Shown: positions 18,874 through 26,408 of the stretch, piece after piece
How positions within the stretch are numbered: position 1 is the first letter of the stretch
Layout: each line of letters begins with the position of its first letter
Assembly (NCBI GenBank): GCA_017857875.1
Contig: JAFMCH010000001.1
Location: 3,745 to 67,744 of the forward strand
Length of the DNA: 64,000 bases
Origin: Actinomycetota bacterium
GTDB lineage: Bacteria; Actinomycetota; Actinomycetes; S36-B12
Direction: 5' to 3'
Position numbers and translations under genes: made by a program
Notes under the pieces: model-generated
Seen by the model: only the letters and a program-made list of their open reading frames with translations
What the model was told of the DNA's origin: nothing
Database searches by the model: none

Positions 18874-19724
18874 CAGCGCTCATTCTCCTGTCTCATCTGG
18901 AGTCCGTCTGCGACTAAATTAAAGGCCGCAACAGCAATTAACACGGCCATACCGGGGAATACGATGACCCACCAGTCACCAGACGTAATCGAACGCACTC
19001 CCGTCTGGATCATCAATCCCCAACTTGGATTAGGGGGGGAGACGCCGACACCTAGAAAACTCAATGCAGCAATAATTCCGATGGCTTGCGCAGCTGCAAG
19101 GGATGTTTGCGATAAAACGACACCGATAACGTTTGGAAACATGTGCTTCCTCATAACTCGCAAGGGTGTAGCTCCGACAGCTCTCGCGGCCTCTATGAAT
19201 CGGCTTTCGCGAAGGCTGAGTGCTTCGCTGCGAACTAGACGCATGAAGCGCGGTACGTTAACGATGAGGATAGCTATGATCACATTCTCAAGTCGATTAC
19301 CCATCAACGTCACAATGGCAATCGCGAGGACTACAAGCGGAAACGACTGGAAGACATCAAGCCCGCGCATAATACGTTCAGACCAAGGTCCCTTGGTACT
19401 CGCCAGCAGACCAAGCGGCACACCGACCAGAGCACTTAAGAGCGTACCAATTAGTGCTAGCGGGAGGTCTCGAGCAGCTGACGCAATGGTTCGCGAGAAT
19501 ACGTCAAAACCATTGGAGTCCGTTCCGAACCAATGCAAAGAGGAGGGCGGCTGGAGCACATTCAGCGGGTCGGGGCGCGTCGGACTGTATGGCAACGGTA
19601 AGAAGAATCCAGCCAAAAGCATGAGCACAACAACACTTAAACCAATACCGATCCCCGGTTGGTCCCGCAGCACACGGAAAGATGCCTTCAGCGTTTCCCC
19701 AGATCTATGTCGTAACTCACCCAT
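18873..19724 (-). CDS. ABC transporter permease (DppC-like)
   Basis: Six-TM BPD-type permease with an EAA-like loop (IEAARAVGATPLRVMRKHMFPN). Confidence 0.85.
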   Translation of the reverse strand: MGELRHRSGETLKASFRVLRDQPGIGIGLSVVVLMLLAGFFLPLPYSPTRPDPLNVLQPPSSLHWFGTDSNGFDVFSRTIASAARDLPLALIGTLLSALVGVPLGLLASTKGPWSERIMRGLDVFQSFPLVVLAIAIVTLMGNRLENVIIAILIVNVPRFMRLVRSEALSLRESRFIEAARAVGATPLRVMRKHMFPNVIGVVLSQTSLAAAQAIGIIAALSFLGVGVSPPNPSWGLMIQTGVRSITSGDWWVIVFPGMAVLIAVAAFNLVADGLQMRQENER

Positions 19725-19733
19725 GAATACTCC

Positions 19734-20744
19734 TTAGAACCGTACTCGAGGGTCAAGTAGAACGATAAGCACGTCCAGCAACAAGAAGAGGGTGATAGTG
19801 ACGAAGCCGGCTGCCAAAATGAATCCTTGAATGACCGGAATATCCAGAGAGAGAATGGCGCTCAACGCCCAGTTTCCTACACCTGGCCAAGAGAAAATCG
19901 TTTCGATGATGGCAGCCCCACCAATCAGAGCCCCGAAGAGAATCGCTCCATAGGTCAGAATGGGAGTACGAGCTTGGAGAAAAGCGTAATAGACCACTTT
20001 CCGCTCCGGTAAGCCGCATGCCCTCGCGAACTCCACCTGCGTCGAATCCAGTGCTATCGCCATGGTAGACCGCGCTGTCTTTCCAAAATAGGCTGCATAA
20101 ACAATTCCCAAAGCCAATACAGGCAGGAATAAGTGCTGGCCCGCCACGAAAAAGGCGTTTACATCACCGGCAATCAACGTATCTATGAGCAAGAAACCTG
20201 TTGTCGTGTCGACCGCGACATCCGAGAATCCCAGTCGCCCGACAGGAGCTGGGGCGACACTCCAAAGATAGAACAGGAAAAAAATGAGCAATAGAGCCAT
20301 GAGAAAGTCCGGAATCGACTGAAACAGAGTTACGGTTCCGCGAGTAATCTGATCTACCTTTCGACCCCGATAGTAGGCACCAAGCACGCCCAAAAATAGA
20401 CCGACAATTCCCGCGACTATGAGCGCCAGGATCACTAACTCCATCGTTGCGGGTAGACGCTCACTCAATTCAGCCAATACCGGCTCGTTCGAGAAGAAGG
20501 ACCGCCCCAAGTCGCCACGTACCACACTTCCTACGTAGGAGAGATAGCGCGCACCGAGCGGATCATTGAGACCAAGTGATGCCTCGATTTTCGCAATTTC
20601 CTCGTCCGATGCGAAATCCCCCGCAATCGTGATTGCTGGATTACCTGGCATTAGTTCCAATAGGAGAAAGGACAGAGAGACCAAAATGAACAAAGAAACC
20701 GGAATGAGAAGGAGGCGCTTGCCAACCAACTTGAACAAACTCAT
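19734..20744 (-). CDS. ABC transporter permease (DppB-like)
   Basis: 336-aa permease with N-terminus LVGKRLLLIPVSLF and an EAA-like loop (VEFARACGLPERKVVYYAFLQ). Confidence 0.85.
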   Translation of the reverse strand: MSLFKLVGKRLLLIPVSLFILVSLSFLLLELMPGNPAITIAGDFASDEEIAKIEASLGLNDPLGARYLSYVGSVVRGDLGRSFFSNEPVLAELSERLPATMELVILALIVAGIVGLFLGVLGAYYRGRKVDQITRGTVTLFQSIPDFLMALLLIFFLFYLWSVAPAPVGRLGFSDVAVDTTTGFLLIDTLIAGDVNAFFVAGQHLFLPVLALGIVYAAYFGKTARSTMAIALDSTQVEFARACGLPERKVVYYAFLQARTPILTYGAILFGALIGGAAIIETIFSWPGVGNWALSAILSLDIPVIQGFILAAGFVTITLFLLLDVLIVLLDPRVRF

Positions 20745-20818
20745 TGCGCTCCTTTCCCAACATCGACAGTGTAACGATCGAATCCGCTAGCGCTGTTGAA
20801 CTGACCACTTCCCATACT

Positions 20819-21643
20819 TCAACTGTCCCCGACCATGTTCACAAAACCGTCTAGCATGGAAGCGAGCGTTTCCGGGTTGTCCTGCATAACCCGATGGTCG
20901 GCCATTGGTATCTCGGCGAGGACGCTTTCGCTTAGTATTGAACCCAACCGGAAAAGCTTGTCTCGGCCGAAAACTGCAGATCGGTCGCCTCGAACTGCGA
21001 GGGTTGGACATTCAACGCGAATTTCATTCCATATCGCAGGCACTAGTGCATGTTCGGTCTCGCCTGCAGCGGCTTTCGAATACGTTCCTTCCCAGCTTCC
21101 GCTATCACTTTCGCGAAAAGCATGCCCAGCATAAGACTCTTTTTGGGCGGTACTCCACAACGAACTAAACGGCATCGATGCTAGTGCTTCTTCTCTGCTC
21201 GAAAAGGAGTGTTCGTGTTCAAGTTCTCTCTGCACGCGGGCGTTAATGGCAGGATCCAGGGACAATCCAGGATCAATTACTGCTAGACCGCAGACCAAGT
21301 CCGGTCGAGCAGTTGCAACAAGTAATCCAATATTTCCACCCGTGGCGCCGCCGACAAGTATTACCGGGCTTGAGCTGAGTCGCTCGATAATTGCAATTAC
21401 GTCGTTGGTGTAGTCCGTGAGTTGGTAGCCGCTATTCGGCCATTCAGATTTTCCATGGCCACGAAGGTCTACCGCGACAATACGATTTTGCAGTTTGGAT
21501 TTTGCCACCATGAAATCCCACACATGAGCATTTGCCCGATTTGGGTGGAGAAGCACCAGCAGCGGTTCCGTACCAGGCCACTCTAAACTGTGGAACCGCA
21601 AACCATTAGCGTCCAGAAAGCCACTGATTCCAGGACCTTTCAC
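20819..21643 (-). CDS. Alpha/beta hydrolase fold protein with a non-canonical nucleophile elbow
   Basis: GTG start and HG-type oxyanion region LLVLLHPN. The elbow reads VGGATGG instead of GxSxG. C-terminal ADHRVMQDNPE carries the His. Confidence 0.7.
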   Translation of the reverse strand: MKGPGISGFLDANGLRFHSLEWPGTEPLLVLLHPNRANAHVWDFMVAKSKLQNRIVAVDLRGHGKSEWPNSGYQLTDYTNDVIAIIERLSSSPVILVGGATGGNIGLLVATARPDLVCGLAVIDPGLSLDPAINARVQRELEHEHSFSSREEALASMPFSSLWSTAQKESYAGHAFRESDSGSWEGTYSKAAAGETEHALVPAIWNEIRVECPTLAVRGDRSAVFGRDKLFRLGSILSESVLAEIPMADHRVMQDNPETLASMLDGFVNMVGDS

Positions 21644-21957
21644 GACGATAACCGAGTCGATTCCCGAAAACGCGACTTCGACATAATGCGCACCCTCCTC
21701 AATAGCCTCACCAATGGATGATCGTCAATCCGAAGGCAACATGACACTGGATGAAGTGAACTTTCAACGCCCTACCTTGAGCTCTGCACCAAAACTTCGC
21801 GTACGAATGCACCTAGAGTTACACGAACGGGCATCTTCGGCCGTCGAGTCCATGTTTGATATGCCATCAATTTGATTTGCGGCAAAGACATCCTAAGACG
21901 CTGTCCCCCCAGGGTGGCCTAGACACGGTGAGGGAAAGTTGCTTGGCTACCTGACGA

Positions 21958-22006
21958 AGTCACTTCGCACTATCTGTTCACTTCCTGTTGATAGTGCGAA
22001 GTGACT
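21958..22006 (-). promoter_or_regulatory. Perfect 17-bp stem-loop 50 nt downstream of the island SBP gene (intercistronic)
   Basis: AGTCACTTCGCACTATC (21958-21974) is the exact reverse complement of 21990-22006, with a 15-nt loop. No U-tract follows on the transcribed (minus) strand. Confidence 0.6.
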
Positions 22007-22055
22007 CGCCAGCCGACCTATCTACTTGGACCTCCGAAACTCGAAATTCCGAAGA

Positions 22056-23732
22056 TCAGGATTTGCTCAGTTGAAAAACCAAGACCGATCCGTGTGGTGT
22101 GTTTGCGAACCCAGACACATCACTACCAAGTGCGACAACGTTCGATCGCTCTACCAGATATACAACCGGCATATCTGTCACGATTAAATCCGAAATCTCT
22201 CTAATCAGATCTTGTCGCTCAGGCCCTGGTGAAGTCTCTTCAAGCTCTGACAGTAACTCGTCATATCGAGCGCTGTTGTATTTATGAGTGTTTTGGAAAC
22301 TCTCGGAATTATTGTAAAGACCCGCAGAATACAGTGGATCAGCTAGCGCCGGCGGCTCCAAATACACAATCGATTCGTATTCACCGGCAAAGAATAGATC
22401 CGAAAATTCCGTGCTACCGGGCACAATATTAACGTCAGTAGTGACACCGATATCGCTCATAAACGCCTGTATCTGGATTGCAATGGACTCGGCATGAGCA
22501 CCAGGTCGGGTTGGACTAGCCGTGATCGTGAATGACAGATCTGACAGGCCTTTGTCCGCCAAGATCTGGCGTGCCAATTCTGGATCGTAGTCCAATGTGA
22601 GGAGACCGTCAGAGTTCTCTAGATACACATCACCCATTCCGGTCGTCGATGGACTGGCGAAGCCCAGATAGATACCTTCGACGAGAGCCTCGCGATTGAT
22701 TCCCAGGGAAATGGCCCTACGTACTTCAGGATCATCAAACGCTTCGAAACTCGAGTTCAACATGAGCATATCTCGGTTAGCTGACACGCAGTTGTAGACT
22801 TCGACGTTCTCAGCACTCTGCAACTCGCTGTATTCCTGGAACGAGAGGCGGTCAGCGTAGTTAACTTCGCCTGTCGAAATCAACTGTGATCGAATTGACG
22901 ATTCCGACACATTCCGGATTACCATTCGATCGAAGTTTCCGCGACGATCTTGATCCCAATAATTAGGATTCTCCTCGTAGACGGTCTCTTCTCCCGGTAC
23001 GAAACTCTCGAGAACCCACGGACCGAAGTTTGCGGTATTCGTTGTCAACCAAGCATCTACGTCACCGCCTGCTTGGGCTTCAATCTCGGTCCAGTCAAGA
23101 ACGGCGAACATGGGGTAGGAGAAGAGGGAGACATCAAGCGCGGTTGGACGGATGACGTTAACTTGAACAGTCTGGTCATCTACCTTGACGAAGGTTTCCT
23201 CCTCCTTAAACTTACCGACGGAATTCGCCAAGAATCGGACGACGCCTGACTTCTCCACAGCTCGGTTCCAACTCTTAATCACGTCGTCAGCCGTCATCAC
23301 GTTCCCGGCACCGCTGGTGACTCCTTCTCGGAGGGTGAACGTTAGAGTCCCATCCTCCGCAACGGCCCATGACTCAGCAAGACCTCCCCTAATATTTTCG
23401 GTAGTGGCCAATTGCTCGCATCCGTTGCCAGCCAATCCAGTTGCGTCGTAGTAGACCAATTTCGATCCCCACTCATACATCTGTGTCCGACTTGAGTCAC
23501 CTTGATACGTGCCCCACACGTCTAACGACTCAGGAACAGCTGCCGCTGCGTATACAAATGTTTGACCTTCCGGAGCCGTGGTGGGTGCCGTGGTGGGTGA
23601 AACTGCTCCGGTTGTTTCCTCGGATGACGACCCGCCTGAACAGGCCGCCACGAGAAAGCTGAGAGAAACCAAAGAAACGCCTACTCGAAACTTACCGCCA
23701 GTTTTACGCTTCACTCGCGAAAACCTTCCCAT
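22056..23732 (-). CDS. ABC transporter substrate-binding lipoprotein, family 5 (peptide/nickel/opine type)
   Basis: Signal peptide with lipobox LVAACSGG. The 558-aa size and composition are typical of DppA/OppA-family SBPs. Confidence 0.85.
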   Translation of the reverse strand: MGRFSRVKRKTGGKFRVGVSLVSLSFLVAACSGGSSSEETTGAVSPTTAPTTAPEGQTFVYAAAAVPESLDVWGTYQGDSSRTQMYEWGSKLVYYDATGLAGNGCEQLATTENIRGGLAESWAVAEDGTLTFTLREGVTSGAGNVMTADDVIKSWNRAVEKSGVVRFLANSVGKFKEEETFVKVDDQTVQVNVIRPTALDVSLFSYPMFAVLDWTEIEAQAGGDVDAWLTTNTANFGPWVLESFVPGEETVYEENPNYWDQDRRGNFDRMVIRNVSESSIRSQLISTGEVNYADRLSFQEYSELQSAENVEVYNCVSANRDMLMLNSSFEAFDDPEVRRAISLGINREALVEGIYLGFASPSTTGMGDVYLENSDGLLTLDYDPELARQILADKGLSDLSFTITASPTRPGAHAESIAIQIQAFMSDIGVTTDVNIVPGSTEFSDLFFAGEYESIVYLEPPALADPLYSAGLYNNSESFQNTHKYNSARYDELLSELEETSPGPERQDLIREISDLIVTDMPVVYLVERSNVVALGSDVSGFANTPHGSVLVFQLSKS

Positions 23733-23879
23733 CGACCAATGTCACGTATTGGAGTTCGTGACACTTGGATTCTTGTTGTCTGTCGACCAAAAAGCACTGC
23801 CGTTATACGTAATACATTTTTTCGAAAGTACCGGAGCGCCGAGTCACTGTCAACGGGTTTTTGATATCTCGCTTAGGGC

Positions 23880-24226
23880 TGACCTGCCCCTAGCGGAGTG
23901 AAGCAACGACTTCGAGAGTTCGGGGTTGTTGTTGTTCCAACTTGGCGTGAACTCGTTCGGTGTTCAGTAGCCGACGGAGGAGTGGGGCCGGTAGGTGTTG
24001 TAGTGCCCCCTACTAGTGACGCCACCGATAACACGTGGCCTCCGTGACCTGCAGGTGCTGACACACCTCCACCAAAGGCGTCCCCTCACCGAGCAGGTGG
24101 TCAGCTTCCCGCAACTTGCGAACAATCTGTTCTGGGGTGTCATGCCTACGCTTCATATTGTCCTCCTCGCCCATCCGAGCGATCGTGGACTCGCAAAGCA
24201 ACTGGATAACCAGCAGGGGTCAGGTA
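23880..24226 (-). mobile_element. Internally deleted IS3-family (IS407-group-like) relic of about 347 bp
   Basis: Terminal TGACCTGCCCC (23880-23890) faces GGGGTCAGGTA (24216-24226, rc TACCTGACCCC). GAGGAGG SD and the orfA ATG (24156) lie 70 nt inside the right end. orfA is cut after 47 codons. Confidence 0.5.
24013..24201 (-). pseudogene. Truncated IS3-family transposase OrfA (HTH) fragment
   Basis: MKRRHDTPEQIVRKLREADHLLGEGTPLVEVCQHLQVTEATCYRWRH matches the N-terminal HTH of IS3/IS407 OrfA. It ends in two consecutive stops and no OrfB follows. Confidence 0.7.
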
Positions 24227-24332
24227 AGTCGGGCTGAGAACGCCCTTCGAGCTTGATGCAAATCGGCTTTGTCGCAAGCCAACGGCCAAACGTTCTCCCA
24301 GAGATCATCGTTCGAGGCGTTTTCGAGCACTC

Positions 24333-24872
24333 TCAGATAAAAACTTGATCAACGAGAGAACCAATTTCTTCCGCGGCAGTCGATGAAACCTCCTCACGTG
24401 ATTTCCCGAAGAGACTAGTCCTGATAGCAACCACGGGTAGGTCTGGGAGACCGTAACGAGTTGCTACCGCTGTTGCGATCTCTGCTACCGCCCCTGTCAC
24501 TAAACAAACTGCGAGTATCCCAACATCATTCGCATACACAGCATCCCTGACTCCTCTTGTTGTACAGGTTATGCAGTCGCCAGCGGCCACTATCATGATT
24601 TGGCTTCCACCTAACGTTGCAGCTACCCAAAGATCAGGTTGTGGATTGTCAAGTGGATTCAGGTCAATTCGCCGGAACGCAGCAAGCGGGGCGCGGTTTG
24701 ATAGTGAGTTCTCCGCCGCGTCGAGCATTCCCTGGCCCCACAAGCTCGACTTATTCAAAGTTCCATCAACTAGCGCTATCTGCGAGTGATGATGTGCCAG
24801 AACCCTGGGAGCAAGGTCACGGTAACTGAATACCCTGGCAGTCGGGTTAACCAGCTCCACGTCAGGATCCAT
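24333..24872 (-). CDS. Hypothetical CxxC protein (motif AAGDCITCTTRG); function unknown
   Basis: ATG 24872 overlaps the upstream gene end by 11 nt (the ORF-track start at 24962 would overlap by 101 nt). The redox-like CxxC sits in a hydrophobic context. Confidence 0.6.
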   Translation of the reverse strand: MDPDVELVNPTARVFSYRDLAPRVLAHHHSQIALVDGTLNKSSLWGQGMLDAAENSLSNRAPLAAFRRIDLNPLDNPQPDLWVAATLGGSQIMIVAAGDCITCTTRGVRDAVYANDVGILAVCLVTGAVAEIATAVATRYGLPDLPVVAIRTSLFGKSREEVSSTAAEEIGSLVDQVFI

Positions 24873-25878
24873 TTGGCTGAACTCTCTGCACTCTTTTCGT
24901 GATCGTTTCACCCTGACCAAAGAAGACAGCGGTGTAGCCGCCGAACTGGCCGCCTGCAACAAAGATCTTCACCCTGTCATGACGATCAACCATTGTTACT
25001 CGCGTGCTTTGCTCGAGCCAAACAGGAGGACGAAGTTGATCCACGTACCCGTACAAGCCCCTACCCACCAAATCCTGAGGATTCCTTGCTGAGCTTTCGA
25101 CTAAGGCGCTTACAACGTCATCCCTGTTCCATCCAGCCTCATCGAAAACTGAAGCGTGCTGAGGAGACAAGATGAGCCAAAGATCTGATCGAAAGAATGC
25201 GTTATATGTACCAGCCAAAGCGATGCCCTCGGCGACCGTTTCAACGATTGATTCCGGCCTAGTGTCCCCCATCTCAGTGAGCACCACAGGCGGGTCTGCC
25301 GCAAAAGCACTCACCCACGATTCCTCAGCATCAAACCCTTCTGAAATGTGCCAAGAACCCCATGGACTATCAATGATATTTTCGGTGAAACACAGACCCC
25401 GCGACATCGGGCTTCCGATAGTTGAGTGAGGCATGCCGCCCGACGTATGGCTCGCGATATTGCGCAGGCAAAGCATAGCTGCTCTACCAATCGTTGCGCT
25501 GGATCTGCTCGATCCGCTGAGAACTTCCCAAGCACCCTCGAGGCCCACCTCACTTGCTAGCGGGCCGTTGACAACGAAAATCGGAACTTGGCTGCTTGCG
25601 GTCGTAGCTACTCGATCCAAGTTGAAGCCTGGGTCCGAAATCGCCTCAATTGCTGCTTCAACCACGGGGAAATAGGCAGAGGTGCATCCAGCCATAACTG
25701 CATTGGCCGCAATTAGTTCTCTCGTGGCACGCGCACCCGACGGTTGCATCGTGGCAACCACGTAGTCCTTTGAATCCAAGAGGAAGCCCAACATCTCCTC
25801 CACCCGATGTCGGGTAGGTGGAACGACCGGCAGGCCATCGGACCACTGCATTTCAAAACAATATTCGACTAAGTCCAT
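24862..25878 (-). CDS. Conserved-looking hypothetical protein (N-terminal WSDGLPVVPPT motif); function unknown
   Basis: ATG 25878 is preceded by GAGAAGG (the ORF track starts at 25962). 338 aa with no motif I can assign. Confidence 0.6.
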   Translation of the reverse strand: MDLVEYCFEMQWSDGLPVVPPTRHRVEEMLGFLLDSKDYVVATMQPSGARATRELIAANAVMAGCTSAYFPVVEAAIEAISDPGFNLDRVATTASSQVPIFVVNGPLASEVGLEGAWEVLSGSSRSSATIGRAAMLCLRNIASHTSGGMPHSTIGSPMSRGLCFTENIIDSPWGSWHISEGFDAEESWVSAFAADPPVVLTEMGDTRPESIVETVAEGIALAGTYNAFFRSDLWLILSPQHASVFDEAGWNRDDVVSALVESSARNPQDLVGRGLYGYVDQLRPPVWLEQSTRVTMVDRHDRVKIFVAGGQFGGYTAVFFGQGETITKRVQRVQPNGS

Positions 25879-26177
25879 CGCCTTCTCGATCGTCCTTCGG
25901 ATACGTCCCACGGGGAAATAGACCCATACAAGACATCTGACTATCGCACAGGTGGTACGCATGCATCAGAGGTTTAGCTAAAGATCGGTTTCGCCACGTC
26001 TGTAGAGATCAAATCAACACGAATCGAAACGGCGCTGCGTCTGTATCGTGGTGTTCATGGACTGTCAGCACCTCCCGCAATTCTGATTCCTATGAACCAG
26101 TCAGAGATAACTGACCGCGTGGCGTGGCACTTTACTTTGTCTTGGACGTCTCGATCGCGTAATCATCACAGTGCTAA

Positions 26178-26408
26178 TTGCACTGCTCATCCTTTTCCTA
26201 TCGGGTCACCATGCTTGCCTCTGTTCCGGTCGCGTCTACTTGCGCATGTACCAACCCGATAGTCGCTATGGTCCTGTCTATTGTGATTCTGGGTGCCTTC
26301 CCCGATGTGATCAGCGTGCTGGACGCCCCGTTCGTGATTGCTGGCGTTGCCATGGCTATCTGGGACGATCGACGAAAGGACGGCGTGCGTGACTACACCA
26401 TCAGCTAG
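26178..26408 (+). pseudogene. 3' fragment of a DMT/EamA transporter gene (last ~2 TM helices only)
   Basis: The translation NPIVAMVLSIVILGAFPDVISVLDAPFVIAGVAMAIW resembles an EamA C-terminus. No upstream coding sequence continues the frame. Confidence 0.5.

Larger units (their letters stand above)
11274..26177. other. Low-GC accessory island (about 50% GC versus about 60-65% in the flanks, by spot counts)
   Basis: GC drops abruptly after the CitE-like stop codon. The region has long AT-richer spacers, an IS3-family relic at 23.9-24.2 kb, and a truncated DMT gene fragment at the right edge. Confidence 0.6.
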
